DNA from: Spongospora subterranea f. sp. subterranea
Taxonomy: Eukaryota
NCBI GenBank assembly: GCA_049724395.1
Contig: JAUGWO010000023.1
Coordinates: 186,001 to 250,000 of the forward strand
Direction of reading: 5' to 3'
DNA: 64,000 nucleotides
The translations under genes were made by a program, and so were the position numbers. Of the stretch, positions 15,513-29,929 are shown in pieces (the stretch's first letter is position 1; each line of letters begins with the position of its first letter). The notes under the pieces are model-generated. The model saw only the letters and a program-made list of their open reading frames with translations. It was not told the DNA's origin and ran no database searches.

Positions 15513-16770
15513 ATGCCTGATATCGATACGGTTTCTCATTCGTCACAAACTAACGTCGCCCGTGGTCAAGTGACATCCAATGCCTTTGCCGCCGTCCTCA
15601 ACAATGCGGTCGCCATTGTGATGAAGGCAGGGCAGTCGGCGGGGCTCAACGTCGCTAACATTGACCAGCTGGTGGATTTAATTCCAGATAACGTTCCGTT
15701 CACACCTGGAACGCGATACCCGCTCCGCTTTGAATCCATAAGTATGTCCATCAACTTACAGGTGTATATGTTTGTTTTCCAAGACGTGCATTTCAGGTGA
15801 AGAGATCAATTTTACCTCCTTAGTGCACCTTGTTGCATTTGGAGCGTTCTTCAATAATCACATAGCTGCTTCGCACCACAATGTTATGACAATGTTCGAG
15901 GTTGCTGAGCGAGGAATGTTAGGTAAATACAATTTTTCTGTTTTGATTTCAACCGTTGATTTTGTTAGGTCTATTCATCTCTGGTAAATTAAACGCTTCT
16001 CGCCTTGTCGATATTTCTTTGGTTGATGTCGAGTCTGCCTTTGGGCTTCCACTATCGTGTGAAGAACAAATGGAAAACATTCCAGCATATATATCTGTTG
16101 ATGCCCCTACGAAGCCATTAGTTAGTGCTGGTTTCTATCCTGAAAACGAAGCATGATTTGATTACAGGTGGAAGATATTGTAAAATGCCTTAATGATACG
16201 GGGAGGATCCTTCTTAATAGACGTTGTCCCTCCTTAGGCGACCTTATTCTAAATGAAATGGATAAGAAGCTATTAGCATCCCCAGCGTCTGCTGGAGCGA
16301 TGATGCAACTTTTGGCAGCCACATTCCCTGCATTTAATGATCTAGGTTTCTTTTCGAAGGCGACTGCCCTCACTGCTGCCCTCTATTGGACATTCAAAGA
16401 CAGAGTACCCAGCTTAGATTTTTCCGATGCTTCTGGTATTGCGGTTGCATCCATTTTTCTTTTACCTTGACATAATGCTGTAGATATTGGTTGTCCTTCT
16501 GATTTTGACCTCATTGACTTCTTCTTTGACATGGGCGTCATTGAAGTAAAAGAGACATCTGATACAATTTCCGCGGAATTGCTTCGAGCACTTGCAGTTG
16601 TAGGGGGTCGACAAATCCGAAGCCGAATCCTATCGAAGCGGGGTCTTGATTATTCGATGGTTGATCTGGATATGATATTTCGAGAAATTCAAGCCTCTCG
16701 AAAAAAGACGGCATCTGCTGAAGATCGTCCTGATCGACCATATCATGCGCCACGATCGTTTTTCTTTTGA
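15513..16770 (+). CDS. Divergent DUF2419/queuosine-salvage-like protein, multi-exon
   Basis: Motif order 'YPLRF..EEINF..L.AFG', 'LNDTGRIL', 'LAATFPAFND..FFSKA', 'MGVI', 'LRALAV', 'DLD' resembles DUF2419-related proteins (recalled, not searched). Confidence 0.4.
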
Positions 16771-16844
16771 TACATGTTTTTTAATTAAACAGAAGAATGG
16801 AGTAGGGGTTGCAGTTCTTGAGAATGCTAAACTGATTGTGCGGG

Positions 16845-17000
16845 AGAGCCGCTGGGCAATAATCAGTTGCGATGTCTCGAAGTTTGTCGGGTGTGTTGCC
16901 TCGGTGAAAGCTCTCAATCACAACGGGTTAAATGAGGATGATGTCATTGACCACCCGACAAATCTCGAGACATCGCAACGGATTATTGTTCAGCGGCTCT
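16845..17000. repeat. Imperfect inverted repeat (49-bp arms, 58-nt spacer)
   Basis: 16845-16893 AGAGCCGCTGGGCAATAATCAGTTGCGATGTCTCGAAGTTTGTCGGGTG is nearly the reverse complement of 16952-17000. Confidence 0.9.
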
Positions 17001-18217
17001 TCAATGATCACATTGTCGAAAATGTTGATCTTATCCTCTCTTCGATTCTTAGCTTGAATCCAGCTTGCTCGAAATGCCCTCCGACGTTTGTGATGTGCCG
17101 GTCCCAACGACTTGTTTGAACTCCAGCCATTGCACTACGCAGCCGTTCGCCTTCCGCAATCTTTCCTTGGAAAGATATTTTGAAAACGCGGATCCAGGGA
17201 ACTACAATGACAAAAATGCGGAGGGAGTTCTACATTCACTTCACAGGACCTGTATTAGGAAGCCAAAACAGGTAGAAGCTCTTTAGCAGATCATCATCCA
17301 TAAAACCTTGTCAACGTTGGTTATTGAGAACAGATTATCTGAGCAAGCTGCATCGCACCAACCATGTGTCATTGGCTTCGTCCGCAAAGCCTTTGGGTAA
17401 GACCACCCGATGCGCTCGGGTAGAGCTTACCCATTGACCAGGATGAAGGCGTCGCGTGTGATACATTGTCACCCGTATCTGTCGGCAGCTATGGGACCAC
17501 AATTGCCTTGATAACGTCGATGACTACTTGCTGAAGAAGGCACGAGTTGAGGCCGAGACTGTGAGGTACCCACAAGGTACGTTGAACTGAAGTCTTTCAT
17601 CAACAAAGGCATCATGGATTAGAGACATCCGCGGAGCTAAATAATTCAGTTTATCAAGGTTGAGATGCTGCTTTCACTTTACACCTGCATGCCTGGTCTT
17701 TTTTTTGATCCTGCAAACGGAAGATCTAACGAACGAACGCATCGGCGGCCATACCAAAAGCCGATATTAAGAAATTCTTCGAGCCAATGAGGTCGAACGC
17801 GAATGTGAAGAAAAAAGCAGCGACTCGGTGGACGGAGCCATTGAAGACAATCTGTTCTGTACATGATCCTACGTTGAGAAGGTTTCGATTCTGTGGATTA
17901 TGAACTGCCAAATAGCATTTACCTGTCCTGTCAACTTTCTAATACACTGAGGCGCATGTCCTGTATAAAATACTTCAAATGCCCAGTTTTATCCTAGAAT
18001 ATTGAAAATTCAAGTGAGTATTCAGATTTGAGAAGAATAGTTGACATCGTAGAGATTTTAGGATGAAAAACCTCCGTCGGAGGAAACGAGGTAAGCAGTT
18101 CTGTGCAGTGTCGTTATCGAAAGTGATACAAATGTTCCACCCGCTTTCTGTGAGGTTGGAGTTACTAACGATATTGAGTCCATTTGTGCCAGTTGATACT
18201 TTTAGAAAAAGGGTATA

Positions 18218-20122
18218 TTATAGCTCTTTTGAAGGTGTTTTCGCTTGTGCCGCGAGTTTCGCCGCTTTGTAACCGTTGATACGGGTTTCCATTTCAGGTC
18301 TGAAATGACGAATCAGACCTTGGATGGGCCAAGCAGCAGCATCCCCCAAAGCACAAATGGTGTGCCCTTCAATTTGCTTGGTTAGCTCATAAAGCATATC
18401 GATTTCGGCAATTTCGGCATCGCCCTTAACCATCCGCATCATTATTTTGTATAGCCATGGTGTCCCTTCTCTACAGGGTGTGCATTGTCCACAGCTTTCA
18501 TGTTTATAAAAGTAGGCAAGTCGGGCAATCGCCTTGATCATATCAGTGCTTTTGTCCATCACCATAACCGCTGCTGTTCCTAATCCCGACTGCGCCTCCT
18601 TCAATGCGTCAAAATCCATGCTGACGGACAGGGCCATTATCATTTGCAACCAACTGTTGCTGCAATCAATACTTACAGGACTTTGGAACATGTGTCCTTT
18701 GTGATACATGGGACCGATGACCCGCCAGGTATAACAGCCAGCAAATTATCCCATCCTCCGCGCACACCGCCTGCATGCTTTTCGATCAGCTCTTTGAGCG
18801 GAATGCTCATAGACTCTAAAAAATGAGATTGCGGAAAAACACATATGCAGTTTCATGGCATTTACCTTCAACTACAATAGGATTATTGACATGGCCTGAA
18901 ATAGCGAATAACTTGGTTCCATGATTGTTAGGACGGCCAAAACTCGAGAACCATGATGCTCCTCGCCGAAGAATGGTAGGTGAAACGGCAATAGTTTCCA
19001 CGTTAGTAACAGTAGTCGGGCACCCGTAAAGACCAACATTCGCAGGAAATGGAGGTTTCAGACGTGGTTTTCCAGGGTTCCCCTCAAGAGATTCAATCAG
19101 GCCAGTTTCTTCCCCTGTAGACAAATCAGCAACTAAAACAAAAAATCAACGAACTCTACCGCAAATATAAGCTCCTGCTCCTCGATGAACATACACGTCA
19201 AAATCGTACCCTGATTTACAAGCATTCTTCCCTAGGAACCCTTTATCATATGCCTAACCGTTGAAGTAAAGAAACAATATTTGGTAGTGATCGACATTGA
19301 GACCTGGGCAACGGCTCGGTTTAACTGCTCGTATTCAAAAAAAAAATTCGCCGCGGATGTATATATAGGCTGCATTAGCACCCATAGCGAAACTGAAAAA
19401 ATAGACCAAATCAATCGAAGTAATCGCATCAAGTGTCTATGAATACCCTGCAAGTAAGGCACCTTCAACAAGTTTATGAGGGTCGCTTCGCATGATCTCT
19501 CTATCTTTGCAAGTTCCTAGTTTTCATTTAAATTTAGATGCTTGTATATCGTAAAGGAAGTACCCGGTTCACTCTCGTCTGCATTAATAACCAGATATTG
19601 TGGGCGACCATCTACTGAAACCTGCGACAAGAAATTAGACTAATGCGCAACCATTGCAAAAAAAACCGTGAACCTTCGGCATAAACGACCATTTCAGGCC
19701 AGAAGGAAATCCTGCACCACCTCTTCCACGTAACCCTGAAGCCTTCATCTCGTCGATAATCCAATCGCGCCCCATTGCCAGAATATCTTTTGTACGATAC
19801 CAATCTCCCTACGCGCGAAGGTAAGCACTCCCATCAATTTGGACACCTAAATGATGATCGAACTCGTTTTAAGGCTCCCTCAACACCCCAATCACCTTCA
19901 CCGTAAAGATTTGTAAAAATCCGGTCCTGATCTGTAAGGTTCTTATGGACATAAGGTGGCGGGGGAGGCGGTGCTGGTTTGGATGGTGCGGCTCCGCTCA
20001 ACACACGAACCCGTGGAGCAAATCCTACTTTAGAATCCGTTAACAACTGGCAGTTTTCATCGCTTGAATGATTCTATCAGACCTCGTCCGTGTTTGAGCG
20101 CATGTCGGAGAAGGAGCGGCAT
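18218..20122 (-). CDS. NDUFV1: NADH dehydrogenase [ubiquinone] flavoprotein 1 (51 kDa subunit of complex I), multi-exon
   Basis: '[11 protein letters not shown]', '[14 protein letters not shown]', '[19 protein letters not shown]', '[13 protein letters not shown]', '[14 protein letters not shown]'. Confidence 0.97.
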
Positions 20123-20336
20123 TGACGAATGTGATTTGATCAAGACTCGTGTCTGAGGCTGATTAAATGGAGGTTCACCGCACCAGTACTTGCGAGGGTT
20201 GCTCAGTTCACCGTTACCACTTAATGTATCTTCTGGCTGCGCAGCTGATAAACCGCGCCTGGTTTGTGTCAACGACGCGTATCATTTGAATTTGGTGTTG
20301 ACAAGAGTCTAATCTGTAGTTTATATTACGAAACCC

Positions 20337-21463
20337 TCAAAAAGGGTAAACCATCATCACAATAATCAGAATTGTAAAAAGTATCACACCTCGAAGATAT
20401 ATATTTCTGGCGACTGCCCTATTATTCTTCTCTAGTTCGAATATTTTTACAAGAAGTTGCGCCTTCGAGCATGCGTCCATAAATGGGGAAGGCTGCACTT
20501 CCGTGTCAGTATTGTTGAAAGCTCACTTCGGTTATCAAAACTTAAGATACGTTGAAGGACACAACACCGTTGCATCGATCAGTTGATTCAGATATGACAG
20601 ACTTGGATTCTTTCTGCGACGATGCATTCTCTACTGCCGATTGCAGCTCAGAGAGCATCACTTGCATGGCAGCTAGCTTCTACATTTTATCAGCAAACGC
20701 AGTTTGAAACTCACTAACTAGAGTTTACCTTTTCACTCAGAATCTCGTCTGTTCTTTTTATCTCCAGTTGTTTTTCAAGCTTCACGATTTTCTTCTCCAA
20801 TTCTTGTTGTTGATGGTTGGTTACAATCACCTTAGATTTATCGACCTTTTTGAGATATATCAGTTGATCATCACTTCATGTGCTACATTACTTTCTGCCG
20901 AAGAAGTTCCGTTTCCTTTTCGTTAAGGTCCGCTTTCAAACGCTCAGCGGCCTCTTCGAGTTGCAGAACATCAGAGTTGCGAATCACAAGCTGATTTTTC
21001 AATTCATGCACCTCTCCTTCTAGGGCCTTGAATCGTTTTTTGATGACAGAATTTTCTAAAGTTTCTTACGACAAATGAGGGCCCCGTGGTAACAATCTTA
21101 CCTGAAATCAGCTGTTCATATTTTTTTGTTAGATCTGAATTTTCTCTGTGCAACGCATCCACAGTGCGTTGCAGCCTGAAGATAAGATGAGAAGAACGAC
21201 TATGTGCATTATTGTCGATACTGCTTATTGTTTTCGAGTTGGATCCGATGGCTTGACGTATGCTCTTTAGCGTCTAGCAATAACCGTTTCTGCTCCTGTT
21301 GACTCAATCGCAAACTGTCGCTAAGCTCATCTCGGTCCGCCTTTAGCTGAATGACCCTTGCGAATTCATCGTCGCTGATAAAAATCCCACTTGTTGATTG
21401 CCCTACGGTATGTTCTGACAAATCATCAGAAGTTGAGTTCATTAAAAACAACAAAATCCTCAT
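20337..21463 (-). CDS. Coiled-coil protein with a C-terminal transmembrane anchor (golgin-like), multi-exon
   Basis: E/K/Q/L-rich heptad exons; ends '...IYLRGVILFTILIIVMMVYPF*'. Confidence 0.55.
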
Positions 21464-22028
21464 CTACCCATGCCCAACTGCCACCGAACAGCACGTGGAT
21501 TATCAGCAATCCTGGAACTGAAGAGGCACACGCACTTTGCGCAACAGCATCTGCAGGGCGAATGCCGGCTCACGCGTTGCGTGTGCGTAACAGTACAGTA
21601 CTCCTGGACTCGGAGTCAGCCGGAGAATACGGTACGCACGTTCGAGCAGATGATATGGCTGTCGCTCGTTCAATGATGACGTACATCGTGCCTAAAGATT
21701 TGACGAGAAGGAACTAGATGAACTGCTTTCTTCTCCTCTGGCATGAACGTAACAGATCACGAATTTTCGAAGGCACTTCGAAATGTGATCAGATACAGCT
21801 GGTTATGGCATATTGTTACTATTGTTATAGGGCAGTCAAATACTTTACGCAGACACCGTTTGCATTTTCGGTGAGTTTATGCCCTCGCTTCTTGATCGCC
21901 GCAAGGGAACGCTCACAATAGCGCTACGCCCAATAGAGATACGCAATGAACACGTTATCCACGAGTCACCAAACAGCTGCCGTCACAGAATATTCGCTAA
22001 AGAATAGCAGTCTCGTAATGGCGATGAA

Positions 22029-24231
22029 ATGGCTATCCCGTATCAAACAGCGAGGCTCGGTTCTCGGCTTGAAGCCGCCTTCGTTCTCCGCTTTTTCGTT
22101 CCATGTCTCTCATCAACTAATTCAGTCCATTATCGCATCCTGCGACCACCTGTTTTCAAGGTCCGGTTTGACCGTACAATCTCACACTGAGGATTCTGAT
22201 CATCACAACGACTCAGATTGCAAATGGACGGAGACACGTTTCACAGTGCAGCGGTTAATGCGCTCACCGATTCTATGTTACAGTGTCGTGCTAAGCAGAT
22301 ACTGCAGTCAATGATTATAAGTGAATTACATTATTATCTGAAGAGATTGGTTTTGAAATTGGGTGTCGGTAGATGGTGAAACTTGTCACGGCAACGGGGA
22401 TTGTTTACAGGGCGATGAACAACCGTCTCTAGGAATCGCGATTCTGATTGAGGCTGCACTTCTGCTGGAGGATGCTCTTCTGCCGCCAGACGCTGTATCG
22501 AATCTTACGGCTGTAGCGAGGAACACTCGCCTTATTTTGAGAGATAAAGCCCATCAGATCCGATCGTTCATTGATCTGCTCGAATTTGAGAGCAGAACAT
22601 CCGTTATGAAATGGGTCGCAATATTTGCCAAAATCAACAACCGCGAAATACTTTCAGTTTCAAATCAAGGACTTCTGTAAGGCATTTCCTGCCATCGGTA
22701 CATGTATATTGTAGTTGAACCCCGTTTCTGCATAGGTATCGCCTGTCTTCATTCATTCTATTAAATAAGGCGTATCAACGTAACCAGTTACTTGATCTGC
22801 ATTGGTCAATCAATGAATCAATGAATGGTGCTACGGATCTCGGGAACTTGTTGCTAACTTGTTATGGTTTTCTATTCCTGGAGGTTCCAGAGGTCCATGG
22901 GGGTTCTGACAATCTATCACTGGGTAATCTGCCAACTCACAATTCTATGATGCACTGTCTGAAAAGTTAATAGGCGGTGTTCAACAGGTTCCTGAAAATA
23001 AACAAGATTGCAAAATGCACGAGGCAAATTTATCGACAGACAAGGGTTGCCAAACCGGGTCAACCGTTGGCACATCAAGGTTGCTATCAAACAAGATCAT
23101 TCAGAAGCAAGTCGAGAAATCTGGCCTTTTTTGGCGCCATGTCGACACTGCCTCCGGCCCAACGAGGAGATATAAACACTCATCTTGTGTTGACACTTCG
23201 AAAACAGCATTGATAATTTACGCTGGTTTGGGAGTTGATTGTGAATATGACGACGTTTGGTGCCTAGACATAACTAAATGTAGATGGGAGCGACCTTATA
23301 TTCGCGGCAACCAACCTAACGCGCGTCATGGGCATGCTGCCATAGTCTTGGCAGACAAACTGATTGTGTTTGGCGGAAGGATTGGAACGTCGTACACAAA
23401 TTCGTTGCAGATTCTTGACATAGGTAACCATGCATACACCCGAAACAGCACAAATACTGATGTCAAACCGCGCTGAGACTAACGATTGTACTTGTTAGCG
23501 ATATGGAAGTGGGAACAGTGGAGCTCACAGTTTCAGTCTGGACGACGACCCGAGCCCAGAGAAGGGCATAGCATGCAGAAATTAGAAAACAAGGATCTCA
23601 TCATGTTTGGCGGTAGATCTTCTGACCAAATATTTAATGATTTATGGAAATACTCTTTAACTGAACGGTCGTGGACCCCGTTGCTCATTGTGGGCGATAT
23701 CCCATCCCCTCGGCATAATCCTGTTTTCAATTGTATCAAAGATCAACTTTTTGTAATGGCCTGCGGCATCGGCTCCGGCAACCGAGGACTACACGACTGC
23801 TACTTGTTAGAAAAAACTGAAGCAGATACTTTCTGCTGGCACCGCCTTCCTTCGCTACAATCCACAACAAATTCCGCACCCTGCACTACTGGAGCAATAA
23901 TAAATGAGGAAGTAATCTTGCTATCAGACATTCCTCCTCGGTTCGGGGAACATTCCCCATCAGATACATATCAATTTAGAACAGCGTTGCACAGGTATGT
24001 CGAAATTTTTTTTGGGTTGAAATTCCTCGGATGATTTACAGGTCACTCAGATATAACAACTGCAATGGTGTTTGGGAATCATGCGAATATAAAGGGGAGG
24101 GTCCCATCCCTCGGTCAAGATCTACACTTACGACTACGCAACAAAATAAGGCGATTTTGTTTGGGGGTCATGCCACAGAGGTCTTGTGCGACGTTTGGAT
24201 ACTCGAGTGTCGCGATCAGTACCAAAATTAA
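22029..24231 (+). CDS. Kelch-repeat protein with an unknown N-terminal domain, multi-exon
   Basis: Kelch blades 'GPTRRYKHS..IYAG', 'PNARHGHAA..IVFGG', 'PEPREGHS..MFGG..FNDLW', 'PIPRSRST..LFGG..DVW'. Confidence 0.85.
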
Positions 24232-24250
24232 TCAATAATTAAATACCTAT

Positions 24251-27200
24251 TTATCGTTTGTTGTGTTTGATAAATTTAAGTGAGAGTATACATAAAATCC
24301 AGTTCAGAGCCAACACGAGGAGCAGACCGATGATGAGGTCTGGACTGTGGCTGGCAATTCCGTATTCTTCCATTACGGAACGGCCAAGAACAACCGCTTC
24401 CTTGGAACCCCAAGCCGCAATTTCAGCGGAAAAACAGTACGCAATGGCATATCGGAAAAACGACAAATGATAAAACGCTATCAAAAACTTGGGCATTGCC
24501 TGGTGATTGTTTCAGTATCGGAAATGTAAAACACAGAATGTGAAAACTCACTGAAAATACAAGAAGAAATCCCCTAAAACCCAAAAACTGTCAGCATTAT
24601 GAAACTATCTGATTACATGAAATTGACCTACCCAAAAGTCATGTAGACGGTAAATAAAGCACTGAACATTCCGCATGCAATGGTTGTATTGGGAGATACG
24701 GCAATTAAAAAGCGAATTGAGGATGATGATGCTTCTGCTGAAAGCCAACAGAGCATCACGAACATGAAGAAGTTGTATGGCGATGAGGACAGCGCTGAAA
24801 TAATAAATCAACAGATAGGATGCAAGAAAGAGAAACCCCACTAACAAGCTATGAAATACGCCGGCATTACACAGCAAATTACTTGGGAGATAATGAATGG
24901 AGTATCGGCAATTGTGGACGCAAGAAAGTAAGTAATTTCCCCATACATTCCAGCAGAAAGTTCTCGGTAATAGCACGGGCGCTCGCTCATGATTGAGGCT
25001 ATCTTGTAAGCTTGAGTCCAGCATACCAGATTAACGATAGAAAAAACAAGAGAAAGTCGCGAAACGATGCCTGAATGTTTGAAATCATTAAACTTCAAAG
25101 GACTAGACATTGGGATCTGTTTACCTTCTCGTGAATACGACAGGTTAAAAAACGAGGTGCCCAATGAAAAAGAGATGAGGAGAAGCGAAACGAGACGAGT
25201 GACTAATGCAGTGCGATCTCGCCATTCAGCCAAAACAAGACGTTGAATCAATATCCACAGTAACGAAACATATCTAATTGGTTCATAATCAGAAGCCTAC
25301 AAAGAGAAACATTATTTTGAAAGCGGTCAGGTAATCTCTGAAAGATTACAGATGTGAGACGCGAAAGTTCAACAGGAGGATCAACGCTAAATGGTTCAGC
25401 ATTAGGATCACGACAGATGGTTCTGAGTGCGTATTCGGCAAGGTTTTCTTTCGTTTCATCATAGTTGGGATAACCTGGAACTCATAATTGACACATATTG
25501 ATGAAAAATAATTACGTTGTAACCTTTATCTTGGCAGAAGTTAACGAGACGGTCACTGGGTCCAAAATATACGACAACTCCACCTTCGCGGAGAAGAACA
25601 ATCCAGCCAAAAAAATCGAAAACCTCACGTGACGGCTACAAAACATACTCATCACCTGCCATGAGACAAGAGACATAACTGACCAAACCTGATGCACTGT
25701 ACATATAACAGGAAGTTCACGAGAAACCCGCTCGATGCATTGCACTATCACCAATGCGTCAGGGGCATCTGAGAACAACTGAACAACAATTGACAACAAG
25801 ACCCTAAAACTGTACCCAATCCTGTCGTAGGTTCATCACAGAACTAAAAACAGGGAAGTCAATGACAGTCACGAGATACCCTTGAACGCATTACTAGAAT
25901 TCCAGAATCCTCGGCGACAGAAGCCAGAGCTGCCGCAATACTGGGTCTTTTTGCGAACTGGTCCCGACAGGCTGCAAGCGACTTGATTGCTCACAGAATC
26001 AAGCTAAAAGCGATCATTATGGATTCAGCATGAAATACCAACACACGATACCTGTAATTGAGAGATTAACTTGTCCACAATAGATTCTCTCTTATCTGTG
26101 TCGATGGTTCTTGATAACGACATATGAGCGCATTGATCTATCACCTCACGAACCTGAACAAAAAATCAACCTGGACATCACTGTAAGTGACATCGATGCA
26201 ATACAGTTGTAGAAGCTGGGAGCGGTCCAAATTGTTCGACATAGGCGATTGCACGTTTATGTTTTGTCCTGTGTATACGCTCGCCATTCAGGCGAATATC
26301 GCCAGTAATACTCCCTGTGGTCTTCCGCATTGCCAAAACGTCAAGAAGTGTACTTTTTCCAGCACCTGTACGAAAAATAAACTAAAAGAAACATCATATC
26401 TAGAAGCAAACCTGAAGGTCCAAGCATTGCGATCATCATTCCGGGTAACGCCTATTGTAATATTTAATGAGCCTATAACGTTAAAATGCCCATACTATCA
26501 TTACGTATCCTGAAGCGTTATGGAGAATCCGAGTATTTGGGTTGACCGTGTAGGACAAATTTAGAAACTGCAGGGTTGTAAATGGCCGATCGACTCGGGA
26601 GACAGAGCTATTTCGGCTGCTGTCAGAATCAGTACTAGACTCCTCATCGTCAGAATCCGATAAGTCGACAATATGGCTCTTCAGAGCAAAATGAGATTGC
26701 GATTCCGTCTCAAAATTGAGAACCGACATAGAAATCAACGACAATAGATGAAATACAACTAAGGAAACACAGTGAGGAAAGCCACACCGCTTAATCGAAA
26801 CAATACCATAGAAAACCCAAGAATACATCCAGATATAGATAGGATGGTAGTCGGAATCCAAAGAAATGAATGACCATTCTAATAAGATATCGGTCCCTGA
26901 AGAACATAAGTCAAAACAACCTGGTTAATGAATGGCGAGTATGCATACTTACCACTGACCCAAGATGGATGAGGAGAATCAGCAGAAATTTGAAGTGGCA
27001 TATCATAAAGTTCATTTCTTGCAAAAGCCTGTGATAAAGAATCAAAAAGGAAAGAAACGGCAAAAACGTCAGAGTTATACCTTGAATGTATAGGTGAAAT
27101 AAGATGCATGGTAAAGCCATTTCCAATGAGCAGGAATTAGATGAGCCTGTAAGAAGTAGCCTGGTAACAGATTAGAAACAGATTTTGTACTTTTGACGAT

Positions 27201-29494
27201 GTTACCTTGAAAGTTCCAAAACATGTCGTTGGTAAGCAACGAAATAGTAAACGCTAAGCCCTAAGCACAAAATAGATCAAGCATTGGTATAATTTGACCG
27301 TTTGTATCAATTTAGTACCTCATTTGGCATGATATTGGAAATGAAGGCAGTCCAAGCGCGAGCAGTCATCGTGACTTGGCAGACGAGTAACGTGAAAATA
27401 ACAAAACGAATACTGGCAATGCCATCTCTAAGACCTAACCATTCATTCGTGATTACACTGACAACAATTTTGATATACCTACGAACCTGCCATTGCATAA
27501 AATATAAGGGATAAAGAAATGCCTTGTAAGGTAACAACAGGAATATCAGCAATTAAATTTGCTAACCAAAACGAAACCACTCGGAAATAGCCCGCATTTC
27601 GTTGTGTATAAAAAACATTCCTAAAGACCGAGTTGATATCAAAAGTCCAATTCATGAAAACCGCGCAAGTCGGTAACCTAGATGCAAATATCAATGATAT
27701 TTCTTCAAGACCATCGTAACCAACGAAACCAATTATTGTGGCGAGAGCACCAAGGCGGGAAACTGCTCCAGCCTGATCCTAGACTCAGAACAAATTTCGC
27801 CTATCATAGTTGCAGAAATACCTGGGTATTATCAAGCTGCCAGAACACAACACCAGCAACGGACGCAACAACAATGGTTCTGCAAAGCCGAGCGAAAGAC
27901 GCCGACTTTTCTCGGATATTCATGGCGATTTCTCTACATTTCAATGAAAAAAGCGCAATATTGGAAGGCGGCCTGAAATACCTTGAAAGACACTCCCAAA
28001 ACTGTGATCTAATGGAGCTCTTATAGGTCCATGCACCATCGTGTGATTCGATTTCCAAAGTTTTTTCTATAACTGTGGAAAAAGTATGTGATTGCGTCTA
28101 AAACATGGGTCACCATTATTTGCGCTTTTAAGGAACATTGCGACTTACACTGCCGTAACGATGCGCATCCGGCATTGTATTCCGCCACAGAACTCGGCCA
28201 AGATCCTCACAAAGAGACGAATTCCTGAAAGATAAGGCAAGTAGAGCAACGGACCCCCCTGAAAAGAATTAATAAAACACCAACTTGAACCTAGAGTAGT
28301 AACCTTCTAAAACGCTATTTGCGTGGACTTCTATGCCAAATAATGTCGATGATGGAGCAAAATTAGCATTGGAAATCGTCATGGGCAATCGAGTTCCAAC
28401 AAAATGAGCAGATGGGTCAGCGCAGATCTAACCAAATTTAACGGCAATTTAAAGTATTGCCACATCCCAACGTACGTCAACAAGGAAATCAGGAACGGTG
28501 CTGTTCGGTGAACATTCATAACTGTTGCAGGCAAATTGAGAGCAGAATCTTTCAGCATTCAATAAACCCACCCAAGGTGATGCATGTAATCAGCAGCTTG
28601 ATCTCTGGGACCGAAGTAGATCATCATTCCCTGCCCCTGAAGGACGACGAAGTCGAACATTTCGAAAAGACTGGGAGAAACTTGAACAAGCGCCATCATG
28701 GCCGACCTGTCGCAAGATGTCGTTAGACTTCGAACCATGGCACCAATCTCGACGGCAGAATTAGAGTCGAGGCCGTTAGTAGCACTGTCCATCAACATAA
28801 TGGAACGACCTGCCATGATTTCCAGTCCTGAAAATCAAAGTCAGTTTCTAGATGTTGTGAGAATATTAATCGACTTGCCAATGGTCAATCGACGGCGCTC
28901 GCCTCCGGATATGCCACGTACAGTTTCGCTACCGATTCTGCATTCCGCACGGTGCCATAAGTTTAGAAGGCGTAAAAGGAGGTCGACTTGCAGGTCGACA
29001 AAACGCTTCTGAATTAAACTTGACGTTCTTAAGACTAAAGAAAACCGTATAGCCTCGGCGACCGTCATTTCTGAAATGTGAACGTCCTCAAATGGCGCAT
29101 ACGACATGAGGAGGCGTCGGTTTTTTGAGTTGACGCGTTCACCGTTGATCAAAATCTGCCCGTTAACCTGACCCTGTTGCCGACCAGCTAGAACCTTCAA
29201 CAGATCTGATATTCCAGAATCACCAGGCCCCATTATTAACAGCATCATTCCAGGATGCAAGAACCCCGACATTTCTTTGAAAATAGTGATGCCCGATTTT
29301 GAAAAGGACAAATCGCGATATATCAAAGACGCAGGTGGATTCAATATGTGAAATGTTCGCTGCATCCATGTTAGACGTGAAAGCAGCTCTTTTGTAGGCA
29401 TGCTCGCGATACGATGTTCCCATTCAGACGGTTCCGCAGTGTCTGAAGGCAGCTCCCTAAGTTCATCACCATCGTCTCGGCTTCGGGCGCTCAT
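24251..29494 (-). CDS. Full-size ABCG (PDR-like) transporter, NBD-TMD-NBD-TMD, many exons
   Basis: 'RGISGGERRRLTI', 'GLDSNSA', 'RNVFYTQRNAGYF', NBD2 'AGKSTLLDVLA', 'CDEPTTG', 'VICTVHQ', 'ERPCYYRELSAGMY'. Confidence 0.93.
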
Positions 29495-29929
29495 TTGCCA
29501 ACGTCTCTCAGTGGTACGGTCTGCGGTAGTGTAGAAGACGCCAGAGCTACAAAGAGTTTTACCGATAAGGGGTAAGAAAATAGGCGTATGAAAGATGTGC
29601 TGATCAGCAATACTAAATTTACGTTTCCTAGTTGCTCTGTCAGTGCGGTTACGAGACGTTACCCACACCGAAGCCAATGGATCACTTGGTTTTAGAATCC
29701 ACTAGAGGTTCCGGAAAGGGAAAACTGCGTTCGGACTTTCTAAAGTGGCGGACATCCAGTCACGGTTCACAGCTATCGAGACCCACAGACGAGCTGGACC
29801 CTACAAATGTAAGGCAAAATGATGCGCCTTGAAAGCTATATTGGGTTTGTCTCAATATTTCCAATGGAAATTTCCGTTTTCCGAAATGATCAAAAACACA
29901 AATTTACGCAGATATCAACACTTGGGCGA

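Noticed and set aside
17060..17640. Possible decayed transposase or gene fragment
   Set aside because: Short ORFs with stops and no recognisable motif
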